Counted from the stretch's first letter, positions 38,400 to 53,381 are shown. The stretch is 64,000 nucleotides of DNA from Moniliella sp. 'wahieum' (GCA_003971905.1 RSEE01000003.1:1054001-1118000); one strand, 5' to 3'. Numbers and translations: made by a program. The notes: generated by a model from the sequence alone, not told the origin.

Positions 38400-40544
38400 G
38401 GACATGGGGGGACGTGGGACACTGGGTGGGGGACAATCCAGTGGACTTGTATTGTTGCGGTCGAGGGGGAGGTGGGGGGGCGACGGAAGTTTCCCTTGCA
38501 AATCAACGGTACCTTGAGGGAAGCGCGCGTCGCGCATACTCTCCCAGCTGGGAGTGGAGCGGTGTGATTCAATGCGGGTGTCTGCTCTGTCAGGCAGCAC
38601 GGACGCGGGTCGGTACCCAAGCACATGCTGCCTTTCGCATCCGTACGAATCGAGGGAGGGGGGCGAGGTCGGGCACGGGCTCGCGGACTTCGAAAGTCTT
38701 CAGGACGAAAGGTGGGTACGGTAAGTGGCATGGTAGAGATGGGCATGCCCTTGCTTTCGGATTCCGGCGGCGGCGAAGCGGCGCAGGGTCGGGTGAGTCG
38801 TACGGATCGTACGGATCGTACGGGTCACTGGAACGAGGCGTGTCGATGGAGGGAAGCGCGCCGTAGGGGACGGGGAGGGGTCAAGCTCAGGCCCAGCTTC
38901 GTCGACAGAGGTAGGGGTAGGGTGTGAGGAGTAATAGGAACCGGCGTGGTGCGAGTTGAATTGCTGCTGGTGCTGATCCGGTTGGGACGCGGGAGCTGCG
39001 TGGTTCGCGACTCAACCGAAACGGGCGAATCGGGTTCGTGGGACAGATGAGACTCGGTGCGAGGTACACAGGACGAGCCTTCGTCCTTGGATGCCAACTC
39101 AGTGTCCGCGCTAGAGAGCAGGCTGGTGGGACAAGGTCTGCCCCTGAAACGGCGAGTAGCTCATTGGCATACCAGAAAAGTGGGTCGCGGCACGGCCCCT
39201 CTTCTCCTGGCCTTCTTTCCTGGCATCCGCTGGATCCGGAAGGGTTTGATCCAATACAATGGTGGTACCGATTTGTCTGAAGTGCTCTGCGGTGTGCTGG
39301 ACAACTCCTCTTCCCCGTACCTGGAGACTGGAAGAAGGGAAAAAGGGGGTCGGAGGATGGATCCACCGAGTGGTCCCGATAGAAGGTGGCCCGACCAACG
39401 AAGGAAGGACAGGGGCAAGGAAGCTTGTCGAACCGGCGTTTTTTGGCCGACGGAAGAAGAACGCATGCGCTGATCCCTCTGGGGGGACAAGGTGGCACTG
39501 GTCCATTGTGCGAAAGATGACGCGTGTCATCGGGGGAAGATACCACAGAGGTCTGGGACCCTATTGTGCTTGCATGAGCCCGATTGATTAGATCCACGTT
39601 CTGGTACGATGGTGGCTCTGGGGCAACCACTATCCTCATAAGTCCTTGATTGCTGCTGCCTGTTCCTCTCCATCGTCCTCCAACGATCCGCGGTATGAAT
39701 GACGTGGCGACCCTGTCATCGAAGATGCGCGGGTACGCATGCCGGAATGCAAGGCCGGCCCCCTTCCTCCTCCATTTCCATGTTGGTGCTTTGCGCCTGA
39801 GAAGAAGACATTGGGGAAACGCCGTGGGGTCAACCTCGGTACTGGCCGCATGCGCATCTACTCCTTTCTTCTGCTGGAGCGCCTTCTCCGATTCGAGCCT
39901 CGCAAGCCAGGACTTGGCATAACGCAAGTGACCGCGGTAGTTCATCACCCCTTCAGCACATCCACGGACCACGCCGTCAGAGTCAATGATGAAGGGACGC
40001 GTTCTTCATCAAAGCAAGTGAGATAGTAGCAGGGGGGGGTTAATAGCTGAAAGGCAAGAGACAAATGAAATGGGGATGAAGAGAGAAGGAGAAAGAGCGC
40101 GTACTGTTCACCATTCCGAACAAATGAGTGCCAACATCCATTCTTGGTGCACTGTGCGTTCAACGTCGGACAAAACGGGGTAGGTCAAGTTGTGCTGCTC
40201 GACAAATTTGCGTAGCCGGTCCGGTGAGTCTTGAGAGAGACCAATAATGGTAGGGCTCATTGAGGAAGCGGATGGAGCCTGCTCTTGAACAGAGCGAAAG
40301 GCACATGCTTCCTTGACGCAGAACGGGCTACCAGAGAGGGGGAAAATAAGAGACAGACGGACCGTGAGCTAGGTAGTCATACAGACGGTGCAACCGTCCT
40401 TCGTGGTCGGGCAAGATAAAGTCGGGAGCGAGCTGGCCAATGAGTTGGACAGACGGTGGTGCTGACGGGCAAGGAGACGAGGGTGGTCATTTTGATCGTC
40501 ACGCCGTTCTCCTTGAGCAGGGGGAATGTTTGATGCGCGCGCAT
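38400..40544 (-). CDS. Peroxiredoxin Q/BCP (AhpC-TSA) domain protein with long low-complexity C-terminal tail
   Basis: Manual translation across frameshifts gives GQLAPDFILPDHEG..FPLSGSPFCVKEACAFR..IIGLSQDSPDRLRKFVEQHNLTYPVLSD, intron 40004-40104, then FIIDSDGVVRG. The core is absent from the ORF track. The 3' end is very uncertain. Confidence 0.8.
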
Positions 40545-43459
40545 GATGGGGTACGGTGTATGGGTGAACAGAATGGACGAGTTCACTCAGAGTGGCTGAG
40601 CGAGGTGGTAGTGGTGGTGGTAGACGCGAAACACCGGAAGAAGGTGGCGGCGCAAAAGGGTCACTGCGCCCAAATGTTCTCTTTTTGTCATATCTCCAGG
40701 TTGCACCTTTTTGCCCGCAACAGATGAGGAGTGATCTTCTGCCCTTTGCTGCCTTCAACGTGGGTCTAAAGAAGTATTGGGGCACGCAGGACCATGCAGG
40801 TACCGAGCGAACCATGCAGATGGTACTGCGGGACACGCGCACGATGCGCGCATCAGTATTCTTCAGTAGTACTACTGTTAGTCACTCCAGTCAGTCACCT
40901 AGCCGCCCTACTGTCACCACGGCAGGTACACTCGGGCATATCACATGTGACTAGTGACTCGTGATTAGTGACTATGGACAGTGTGCATCAATCTGTGCTC
41001 ATATTTATACCCTGTCTTCCCTACGGCGAGCAACCGTTCACCCTGGGCTCAGGCCTCAGGCTGAGGGCACCGCCCATTAATCATTCGGCTGCCGGTCAGC
41101 GCTCTCAGCGTGTCAGCCTCAGCTCAGCCTCAGCGCTTACCTTTTCATTTGGATACAGCAGGAAGCTTGAAGGCATTGAGGCCTGAAGCCTAGAGGTAGA
41201 GTCGATGAGCCGATTCCATGATGGATGCGACGTGGGAGCATGGAAAAATCTGCTATTCGGCTGTCAAACTTGCTGGATATCATGTCACACCCCTGGCCAT
41301 ATCCTCTGCCAGGAAAATCTGAGTATTGGCTTAACTGACTGCTGTAACTCGTGTACTGAATCCTCTTTGGACTGTACTGATGAGCGTAAGCAAGGGTGTG
41401 GTACTGTCGTCACATGTCACCGAAGCTGGAAGTGGTCTGTGTGCTCCTGTTGTGATACCAACGATAGCCAAGAACCAATCGAACGCCCCTTCCATCGTCT
41501 GTGCCTATACAAAACACGTATCCAGTAGTCAGGAATCCATCACACATTTCCACCCGGTCGCCCCCGTTTTGTTCCGTTGTCATCCCCTGTGGACTGGGTG
41601 CGTGGGCACGCTCTAGATGGTAAGTGTTGGGATTTGCACGCTACTGTGGCGTGCGCCATGCAGATAGCTGGTTTTATATATAGGGACTACTCCGGGGCCG
41701 CGGGCCAACAAGAAGGATAGTGAATAGGGCTTTTATATAGACTGTCCACAAAACAACTTGTCTAGCTGTGCTGCGCGCGCACACCAACGATTATCCTCTG
41801 CTTCTCAGCGCCTGCATCCCACCTCTCATAATGCATAACTCATCGATCTCACCGGCGCAACTCAGATCACAGATCTCACCCCCGCTCGACTCTTCTCCCC
41901 ACTGTTCACAACTTCGCTCTGTCTCCTTTTTTGGCGACTGTAGTAAATATTATCGATCACCTCTTGTCACATGCATGGCACATGTAAGTCGCCTAGCCAC
42001 CGGACCGGCCACCGGCCACCCCTTTCTACCCCAGCATCTCTCACAGAGTGACTAATAGTGATCGCTGTGCGCCACACGATGAAACACATCTAGCACCACA
42101 AGGAGTCACTAGAGTAGCACAGCGTCACTATATTCACTCGCGTCAGGCCAATCACATTAATCACTACTGGAACTCAGTACTCAGGTACTCACCCCACTAC
42201 CAGGAGGCACCAGGCAGTGTACTCCTGCTGAGAAGCACCCCCCGACCGAGAAGCACGAAAACTTATACTCACGCGACTCACGGCCGTCTCGCTATATCAC
42301 CGGTCTTTCTCCCAGGCAAGGCAGATCCTCAGATCTCCGAACATAACAAAGACACAGAGGCGGCGGAGTAGCAGAAGCTAAGTAGGTCCCAAAAGCACAG
42401 CGATTGCATTAGAAGAAAAGGCAGGTATAATATAAGGCGTAAGAAAGGGTGATGTGCCAGTATGTGCACACTAGATAGGGTGTGAGTTATGCTTACGTAT
42501 GTTATAGTGATGAGCAAGCAGTCGATGCAGTGACGACCCAATGCCTACTACACTGCCGACGCATAGTATGCCATGCAGTTTCGAAACCGTAATGTGCCTG
42601 TGACAACGGTGACCAGAGAGTACTCAGTACTCAGTATCATACCCATCTTCGTCGCCGTGTGTCCAACTAGCAGAGAGAGAAGAGAGAGACAGGCTGTGGC
42701 GGCAATAACTAATCTCGGTCCACATGCAAGCCGTAAGCGCGTAAGCAGCCTCCCCACGCTGACCAACATAATGTACCGCTGTGGAAATCATGCATCATGA
42801 GAGAGGGTCTAAAATCTCTACCATCGATACACACTACTAGTACTGTACTGTAGCGGTGAACATCTCCGTCGTTTTCCATCGCTTTCATCATTTTTATCGA
42901 GTTCATCCATCGTTTGTACCAACAGTTTTTGTTAGGCGTGTCATGCGGCCGGGGTTTGCCTCACATTGCACTGACTACCCCAACGTCAAAAAACCGCGTA
43001 ACGGGCCTACTCCTAGTCTCGGTTGTGGGCATTGATGAGATCTGAGACCTGGGGTCTCCTGATCATGTGCCAGGTCCTCGAGGGAATATGCATTCGCACT
43101 GGTCCTGATGGTGGCCAAACTAAGCCAACCAGCAACGCCTACAGAGGAACATAGAGCACCCAGTCGCCACCAGGGGCTGGACTGTGGTTGGAGCAATAAG
43201 GAAAACGGGAGGACGAAAACGACGGAACTCCTTGTCTGAGGAGGACTGAAGGCCAAAAAACACACAAGCCACCCGCGGTGTGGCTCAACAGGTACGCTTC
43301 AAGCTTCACGAACAGCCTCGGCGTGCTGTCTACTACTATAGTCCTCTATCTCCTCTATCTCCTCTCTCTCCTCTCTCTCCTCTCGGGGATGCCGAACGGT
43401 CCGTCTTGCCGACAGACTGTCATGGTGCCCGGGGCTGGTCCCCTGCCGGTCTCGCTGGA

Positions 43460-43508
43460 TGAAGCTTGAAGCTTGAAGCTTGAAGCTTGAAGCTTGAAGC
43501 TTGAAGCA
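43460..43508. repeat. Tandem heptamer (TGAAGCT)x6 plus a degenerate copy
   Basis: Six perfect copies, then TGAAGCA. This is the reverse-complement phase of the 1695 array. Confidence 0.95.
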
Positions 43509-43833
43509 TGAAGGGACATATAGTAACCGGACTCCAGGTCTGGCAGCACCAGCAGCAGCGCAGTCCTCTTCTATATATGCAACGGGGTTCAACTCGCCCT
43601 TCCGTTCACGTGACATCATTGTGGCAGGAGCCTAGCTAGTGTCGTACATTGTGCTGTTAGTAGTCTGCCTTTCTTGGTCATGTACTCTTCTTCTCCCCCC
43701 ACCTTCCACTTCCCGCTACTCTGGCCTCACCCGGAGCCTGCAATCGATCTCACTTGTTATCTGGCGATTCCTCTTGCGTCTCTGATCTTTCGCTCGCATC
43801 GATACTTCGCCACAACCGGGTCAGGGGGTCTCA

Positions 43834-43867
43834 CCATGCATCATGCATCATGCATCGTGCATCATGC
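43834..43867. repeat. Tandem heptamer (TCATGCA)n, ~5 imperfect copies
   Basis: ccatgca tcatgca tcatgca tcgtgca tcatgc. Confidence 0.85.
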
Positions 43868-44027
43868 GCCACGAATCGGTGAAACGACATGAGTGTCATT
43901 GACTCCATAAGTGGGGAAACATCAGAGGGAAGAACAAGGGTAGTAAACATCGAAAAAAACGGACCAACAAAGCCACCCCGGCCCAGAGACGAGACGAAAC
44001 GTCAGTACCAACTCTCCGCCTCTGGTC

Positions 44028-47000
44028 TCACAACGACGCAGGTTCAGGCGCAGTAGCCGGGTGCGGCAGGCCAGGCGCCGAGGCAAACTACGACGAAAAT
44101 CCCAAAATCCAAGAGGTTAGTTGATAGTTCCTAGTTCTCACACCAGAAGGGAGCACGAAGGAAGTGTAGGGGGAGGGGGACGTACCGTCTCTTCCACCAG
44201 AGCGCAATGTTTCGTTCCAGCAGCCAAGTCCATCAGGTAACACAGTACCAACGTATCTGCCGTATCGGTGAGCAGACCGGTTAAGGCCGTGCCAACCAAC
44301 AAAGGCGGCACCGCACACACTGCCGCCGTGACAAGCGCATGGCCACCCGGTTCGTCTCGTACCACCGCCACATAGCTCGCGCAAACCGCTGCAATCAGTA
44401 CTGTTACACTGTACGTCACGCGCCCGCCCCAAGCGGCGCAACACGCGCCGCATGGACAGGCGCCCGCGGTCGTCCTACCGCACCTCAGCCGGTACTGAGC
44501 TTCGTAGTGCCGCCGCACGGTGCGAGGCCGTTCCCATAGGCGCACCAGTGATGCCCGTGTAGAGAATGGCGTTCGACGCATGTTCCTCCACCACCGCTTC
44601 CACCCCCACGATGAGCGAGGCGAGGTAGGCCAACGGATCCAACAGACGTGCCACCCCCCCAACAGCCGACTGAGCAGGCCCCCCCTACCATCATCGATGC
44701 GCCAGCGCCAGGCGGGAGCGCGGCTTGGCCAGCGGTAGCGGCGAGGCGCACCAAGGCCACATGGTGCATCCACGATACCCCCTGCACAAATGCGCGAGCA
44801 AACAGGATCAGGATCCGGGCCAAGCCCAACGCGGTGCGCAAGAGCGACGAGGCCATCACACTTCCCAACGCAGGACCCAGCGCGACGAAGGCCATGCGAA
44901 ACCACGTGGTCCCCCTCAGCCACTGTGCCCACCGCTCCCTCTTCTTCGTCTTCATCTTCGTCCTCGGATCGGCATCAGTCGACATGCCCGACGAGGACCC
45001 GGTCAAGCTCGCTTCCGACTCCGACTCCGACTCGCTCGACGCTTGCCTCGCCTCCGACGCGGAGGAAGAGTAGAAGTACCAATAGCTCACTGCCGCTGAC
45101 GTGGTGAGTTTCAGCACATTAAGTCCTGTTGATGTCACCCCCCCCGGCAAGCAGGAGGGCAAGACTGAGCGGGAGCGGAGCGAGTCCCAATGGATCCGCG
45201 GGCACCGGGGGAGGTTTAGGTCGCTTGCCAGGGCTAGGACGTGGTAGTGCGCGAGAGGCAGCTACCGCGGCCAGACGAGTGAGAGGACGAGGCAAAAGAC
45301 AGCGAGAGCCACGAGGGCGAGGCTGGTGACACACGCTACGAACGCAAGTGAAGATGGGTCCTGACCACGTGAGCGGCCAAGATCGCCGTCCGACTTGCCT
45401 GCGGTAGCTTCTTACGTTCGGCCCAGACCCTCGACCCCGTTCGTACCGCCGCTACAGCACAGAGCCCAGCACAGAGCGGCAAAAGCCAAGAAAAGGGCGT
45501 GGAGGGAGAAAAAGATCCGCCCAGCAGGGCGATCGAAGCGGCCGCCAGGGCAAATGGGACAGTTGCACTCATCACCCGAAACAGGGCAAGGATGGTGGCG
45601 AATTTGCGGGAGCGACGAATCGAGGTGTGGGTTCTAGCAAGACGCTGGAACACCGAGAAAAAAAGACGCCCATCCCGCCTGCCAGCACACTCGACAACGC
45701 TAGCAGCGGTGCCGTTCGCAACATAGCATCGTGCAATGGTTCCTTCCCACCTCCGAGACCCGGTACCGCAGGGAGTGAGGGTGCCTCCCATGCCCCCAGC
45801 ACACCCAGTACCAACACAGGAAATACAAAGAGCACAAACAGGATCAACGCCCAAAGATCGTGCCTTTCCCGCAACCACGTCGCTGCCGCTGGACTTGCTC
45901 CCTGGGCAAGGCGCGGAAGGGGACGTGCCGGGTAGGATCCAGCAGTGCACGTCGGGTCCCTGAGCGGGGGTGTGGACGAGAAGGAGCAGCCGGGCTGCCT
46001 ATGAAGCTGCCGGTCGTGCTGCGCAGCATGGGGATACTCTCTTGGCCCGCGTGGTGCGAATCGTCCTTTCGTCGGGGCGGCGAACCAAACAGCGCACGGA
46101 AAAACGTAGAGTGAGGACCCGTATCGGACCGGCGCTTGCTCCGCCGCGGCACAGTCTCTGTAGCATCGGACTGCTCACTTGTCTCCTCTTCACTCTGTGT
46201 GGGCCCAGCAAACCGCGAGGGCGGGGCCCCTGATTTGGACGGAGCGCTTTGCCCTGATCCACCGGCGGAGGAATGGGAATGGCGATACTAGGTTGCAAGC
46301 CTAGGACCTGCTCGTCGTATACGTCCTGTTGCAGAAAGCGCTGCTGGTGGACAAGGAGGTGGGAGGGCGCGGGGGGGCAAGGTACGAGCCACGAACTTGG
46401 GCTTTGTGCATCCGCAGAGGATTGCCCCATCGCCCGCCAAACGATGCCGAGGGCGTCGAGTCGTAGAACGATCCACTGCTCTCGGTGGCCACGTGTGAGG
46501 GGTTGGTCCGGCCAGGGGGTCGGAGGCGGTGCTGATGCTGATGATGGTGGTGGTGTTGGTGCTGATGCTGGTGTGGGCGCGGGTGGCGGCTGGAGCCCAC
46601 AGGGCTGGCCGTGCCGGCACTCTCGTCGCCCGAGTAGGACGCAGACGAATACTCTTCGACAGAGTGCATCTGTGCTGCCTCATTCTGCAGGCGCAAGATG
46701 GAGCGGTGGGCGTCCTGGGCAGCCTGGGTGCGGGGGGAGGGGGGGCGCGGGGCATCAAAAAGGGGGAGGAGAGGGCGGGGTCGAGGGTGGGCATGCCGGC
46801 GCGCACGCGGGCAGGGTGGAGGCGGGGCGGATGCGGGGCGTGGATAGGGGGGTCGTGCGGGGTGTCGAGGAAGGGGTCGAGGAGATCGCCATCGTCGGCA
46901 TCGGGGTGGGCGGCGGCGGGAGCGGCGGGGGCAGGGAGGGTGGTGGCGGCGGCGGCGGGGGCAGAGGGGTCGTCGGGGTCGTCGGGGTCGTCGGGGTCGG

Positions 47001-47067
47001 TGTCGGGGCGAGGCGGAAGGGGGAAGAGGGGCGCGGCGGCGGGGTCTGGGCGGCCAAAGGGCAGCAT
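44028..47067 (-). CDS. Choline-transporter-like (CTL/Pns1-type) membrane protein
   Basis: Long Pro-rich N-terminus and HDLWALILFVLF. Multiple TMs including TSAAVSYWYF, ALGPALGSVMASSLL and DTADTLVLCYLMD (CTL-like C-terminus). Last intron 44088-44185. Confidence 0.65.
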
Positions 47068-47543
47068 GGTGGTGGGGGCGCGCGTCAGGGGGCGGGAGGT
47101 GCTGGGGGTGCTGGAGGCGCCGAGGGGGTTGATTAATGAGTAGGGTTGATCGAGATAAGCTGGGGCTGGAGGCTTACGTCAGCATCCAGGCGATCGTAAG
47201 CCACCATGCATCATGCATCACGCTCGCTTGGGCCGTGTCCGCCGCAGCGCCAGTGGCGCACCTGCAGCCTCACCGGTCGCATCCCCGCGCCAGCTCAGCC
47301 AGCTGATTAATCTGCCACTGCCGACCCTCGCCATCGATCTCAGCGCACCAGGCACACCACACGCCCTCGACGGATCCGCATGCCTCCCCCTTGAAATTCC
47401 ATCCAACTCCCCCCCCAGCGCAGACGAGTAGGATTTCGCATAATATGTTTGTAATGTACTGGCAGGTGGTAGCGGCGACATGGTGCAGAGACAAAAAAGA
47501 GGGGAAACGAGACTAGGGCGCATTCCGATAACGACATCAGGCC

Positions 47544-48486
47544 TCAGGAGGAAGGCGAAGCGGCAGGTTCGTCCTCCAAGCTAACAAACTCTTTGACCAA
47601 GCTCGTGTTGAGGAACTGGGCCATCTTGGGCTGCACAAACAGCCCCGCAGCCTCGGCCAAGATGGTGCCATCGATCGTCCGCATCGTCGCAGTGACCGTC
47701 GCTTTGCGGCCCTTGGCTTGCTGGATGTGGTCTGAAGCACAATATTCTGATTGGCAAACGTAGGCGAGCGGTAATTGACCTCGAGCTTGGCCGTCACGCC
47801 AACGTGGGCGGGAAGAACATGGAAGGCTGATCGGGCCATGTTCTCATCAAACAAGGTTGCGATCAGACCACCATGGACCACACCATCGTGTCCACACAGC
47901 GAGCGACGACCCATGCAACAGCACCGTCGTGTCGCCAGCATGGCCGCCCTCCACGGCCGCCCCATGCGCCGTCTTGGTGAGCACAATGGGCGCAGTGGCC
48001 AAGAGACCCGGGCCGCGCAAGGTGCCGGCAGTGAGGTTGTGCTGCCGCCTTTCCTCGGGGTAATTCTCATATGGCCGACTGAGACGGTAGTGGGCAGAGG
48101 GAGAACGGTCGGACGGTTCGGCGCTTTCGGACACAATCACATCTCCGTTTGTGTCACGCTGCTCGGGCACCGACACGCGGTTGCGCAATCTTGCACCAGC
48201 TCGAGGGCATGGAGATCGACTCGACCTGGCGGGTCAGAGCTTTTCCCTCTTCCGACTCGGCGTCGGGGCGGGGTGGGGCGAGGCGTGGGGACGCGAGAAG
48301 CGCAAGACTGGGGGGGTAGAGGGCGCCGCCGGCGTACCCGAGGCCCAGGGCGCCAAGGACGAGGAGAGTGGTGCGGACGGGCCGCTTTGGCCGGGTGGAG
48401 GAGGAGGAGGCATGGGTAGAGAGGTGGGCGCGGGCGGCGGCGCCGGCGACCGAGAAAAGGATTGTTGGGCGCGAAAGCGGGCGCAT
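47544..48486 (-). CDS. Hotdog-fold acyl-CoA thioesterase (THEM4/Fmp10-like), probably mitochondrial
   Basis: HNLTAGTLRGPG, LCGHDGVVHGGLIATLFDE and VTAKLEVNYRSP. Arg/Ser-rich N-terminal presequence plus a TM segment. Confidence 0.85.
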
Positions 48487-49010
48487 GGAGCAGTGTGGTG
48501 GGGGCGGGAAACGCGAGAGAGGGCGCGGCGGGAAGATGTAGTGATTAATGATTGGAGGCACTGATGGTCCGCTGAACGTGGCGGCGGCAGCACGTGAAAC
48601 CGGGGAGCCTGGCACCGGCGGAGGGTGACGGTGAGGCTTGCTTGGCGTGAGGCTTGCTTGATGCGCTTGATCGATGCGGCGCCGCGGCTGCTGCAGTGCG
48701 CCAGCAAAAGCTCTAAGCTGCGACACGCGCCCACCTGTATGCACGGGGGATCGCATTTCACTTTCCCTTTCACACTCCTGGGCCGGCCCTTGCATCGGGG
48801 TTGTGAGGCTGCGGCCTCGGAGGATCAGCGTTCAGTGCGATCAGCGGCCGCGCCAATCTCCGTGCTGTTGCACCGAGCGGACGCTGAGCTAAGCACGCGT
48901 GCGATGCGGTTGCGCGCAGCCGTTGTTGGCCTTTCCAGCGGCCCTGCCCCTTGCAGCGACAACCAACAGCAGCTGTCCGCGGCCTCGGACGCCGCTCCAC
49001 CGCCACCGCC

Positions 49011-51494
49011 ATGCCTGCCTCCCCTCCGCTGCATGCGCCAGCCGCCCCGCCCGCCCCCGCCTCCCCTCCGCCTCCGCCACCACCTCCACCACCACCCCTG
49101 CCCCCGCCCACCCCCTCCTCCCCGACCCATCCCCTGCCCCTGCGCCCACAGCAGGTGCCAGCACCAGTGCCCCCGCCCCCATCTCCCCGTCCCCCCTCCT
49201 TGATCCCGCCCCGACGGTCCACTCGGCTGCCCAGCGGGGCGATGTCGCCACGCTCGACACACTCATCTCCTCCACCAGGCCCGCGCCACCGACCGCGACG
49301 CCGACGGCATTACTCCGCTCCACTGGGCCGCCATCAATGGCCAGATCCCCGCTTGCCTCTACCTCCTGGATCATGGCGCCGAGGTAGACGCCCGCGGTGG
49401 CGAACTCGCCGCCACCCCCTGCAGTGGGCCACCCGTGTAGGCCACCTCTACGTCATCCAGCTCCTCATTGACCGCGGTGCCGACCCTCTGATGACCGACG
49501 CCCAGGGTTTAATACCCTCCACCTTGTTATCCATTCCTCCACTGTCATGCCCCTTGTGTTCTTGCTGCAGCAACCTGTCTTTGCTGCCAGTGCAGCCGAC
49601 ATACCCCCTGGATCTGCTGCTCCCTATCCTCAAGGCCCCCGACCCCGCGTATTGCGCGGTGTGGATTCGGAGGATACACAGCGCCACACATCTCATGTGG
49701 GCCGCGTACCAAGGGGATGCACTGAGCGTGGAGCTGCTGCTCGCTCATGGCGCAAGTGTGGCCACCCATGATGACCTTGGTCTTACCCCGCTTCACTGGG
49801 CTGTCGTAAGAGGAAATCGGCTGTGCATCCGTCGCTTGCTTGAGGCCGGTGCAAGTACCTCGGCCAAGGAGAACGAGGGCAAGACGGCAAGGGAGATGGC
49901 CGATGAACTCAAGTCCCTCAGTGCCTACGACAAGGCATTGGCCGATGCAGGGTTGGACTCGCAAGGACATCGCAAAAACGTTTCTTCAGTCCGTATATGA
50001 CCAACGTCTTGATTATGCTGCTTCCTTTTGCTTTGGTCGGTGTGGTGGCCAAGACATTTGCTCTGGTGCCTTGGTTTGCTGCTTTGCTTTTTGCCGTACC
50101 ACAGGCGTATGCGATGCATTACACCGTGGCCAAGATCTTGCTCGACGATCAAGAGCCACAGTCGATCCAAAGGTCGGTTTACTTTTTGGCCATCGTCTCG
50201 GGCTCCATTGCCTGGGTCGGGCTGGTATGGGCAGTCAAGTTTGTGTGGGCCACCCCGGCCACGGCTGGTCCAATACGGCGATGTTCGTTGCTCTTCTCGT
50301 TTGCTGCTACACACCTGTACCGATCTGCCGTGATGGATCCAGGCTATGTTGGTCGCCCTCAAAGCGAGGTCGAACGGAGAACATTGGTGGAAACATTGCT
50401 CAAGGAGAATCGGCTCAACGGACAAAATTTTTGCATTCCCTGTTTGGCGCGTAAACCACTGCGCTCAAAACATTGCCACATCTGTAAACGTTGCTCGGCC
50501 CGGCACGATCACCACTGCCCTTGGACAAGCAACTGCATTGGCGTCAATAACCATCGCCAATTTATCCTGTTCCTCACGGCGCTTGTTTGGGCGTGATTGA
50601 CTTTGCGTATCTCTCATCTATCTGTATGTACAGCTCTCTGGTTGACGTTTGATATACTACCCCTGCTAACCTCTGTGCTCGCCCGCCCAGATTTGGTCAA
50701 CCAAGTAAGTTCATGGGAACCCCCTGAGCAGTCGTTCTGTCTATTCCCCAACGACGTGTGTCGAGCGATGGAAACCGACATGTTTGCCGTTGTGATTACC
50801 CTTGGGCATGCCTGCAGTTGACATGGACGGTGGTACTACTGCTGGCGCAGCTGCTGCAAATTGCGCGACAGATGACGACCCTGGAGATGAGCAATCTTGG
50901 TCGCTACGGCTTTATGGGCGGGGCGGTACCAGCATGGCATCGCAAACCAACTTTGTGGCACAACGTCAAGGGGCCACGGGCGTAGCTGGCTCGCCCGAAG
51001 GCTCGGATACTGGCGCGAACGCGGGACAAGCCCAGGACCACCACCACACCACCCCTGGCTTTCGGCAGACGATGGCTGGCATGGGCGGGTGCCTGCTCCG
51101 TGTTGTCGGGCTCGACCTCTACACCCGCGGCAAGGCTGGCGAGGGCCTACGTCGCGCAGGCAAAGGCGGCAATCCATTTGACCTTGGTCTCGTTGCCAAT
51201 TGCCGCGACTTTTGGACGCGGGGAGACGAGCTGGGAGTGGATTATACCAAACTGTACGACGTGCCGCCGCAAGGGTTTGCTGCGGTGGTCAAAGAACGCA
51301 AGGCGATGCACCGCTCCGACCCATCCCCGTTCTTCCACCACCGCCGGATCAAGTTGTTACCTTTGACCAGCCAAGATGTGGATGCGGAGCGACCGAGAGA
51401 CACTCCGAGGCAGCGCTGGACCTTGCGCTCGCCGTTTGGTGGTGTGCGAGATTCCAGTCGCGGCCAGTACGCTCACCTTGCCTCGGAAGTATGA
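49011..51494 (+). CDS. AKR1: Ankyrin-repeat DHHC palmitoyltransferase Akr1
   Basis: Ankyrin repeats ([29 protein letters not shown]), [30 protein letters not shown] and NPFDLG..NCRDFW. Confidence 0.93.
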
Positions 51495-52282
51495 AGTATG
51501 ACCCACGCAGCGCTTTGCGCCTCGTGCTGCCGTGTGCTATGGCTATGTATGACGCATGACGCGCGTCGTCCAAAGAGATGCTTGGCGCCCGGGTGCCGGC
51601 GGGCTAGTCGGTCTGCTGCCCTGCTTTACTTGGAGAAGGGTGTGGTGGACGCTGGTCCAGAGGCGCTAGTAGGCAGTAGGCATAGGATCGATGACAGTCG
51701 CGTGCGAGGCAAGGGCGGGCGTGGGGCTGAGGGCGAGGCGAGTCGATGCATTGGCTGCGCAGGGGGCGGGCCCCTTCTGGGGAGCAAGGTGGAGCAGCCT
51801 GGGCCTCCTTGACCTCCCTTGGAGTGTTGGCGGGGAGTGTTTGGCGGCTGAAGCTCCCAAGGGGCGCAAGGGGACTGGACCGGTGGACGTGTGCACGTGT
51901 GCACGTGCGGGGGTGACATGTGACATGTGACAAGGCCAGCATTGGGCACTGGGCGCCGAGGCGGCGGACTTAAACCCCGGAATTTGTCAATCGGCGAGGC
52001 GGCCGGCGCACCAGGGCAGTGTGCCTGCTCCCTGTGAATGGCAAGCGGGCGCGGAGAAAGACCGCAGGAGTGGCAATTAATTCTTCCCTCTGGCGGCTCG
52101 GAGCTGGCAGCTGGGCCGCCCCGACCCGCGCAACGCTTCAAATAAGGCTGCTGCCAACAACCCCGGGCGAGTTGGTTGTCTACCACCTTCTGCTCTGCCC
52201 TTGGCGCCTTGTAGCAGCCGTTTGTCTTTCCGTTCGTCCGTCCGTTCGTCTGTCCGTTCGTCTGGTCTGTCCATTTGTCGCT

Positions 52283-53381
<1,099 letters not shown>

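Noticed and set aside
41205..41528. Cys-rich 107-aa ORF (possible metal-binding peptide)
   Set aside because: No signal peptide or regular Cys spacing. The local sequence is TG-rich, so a chance ORF is likely.
43583..43608. GGTTCAACTC B-box/tRNA T-loop-like motif
   Set aside because: No cloverleaf or A-box around it.
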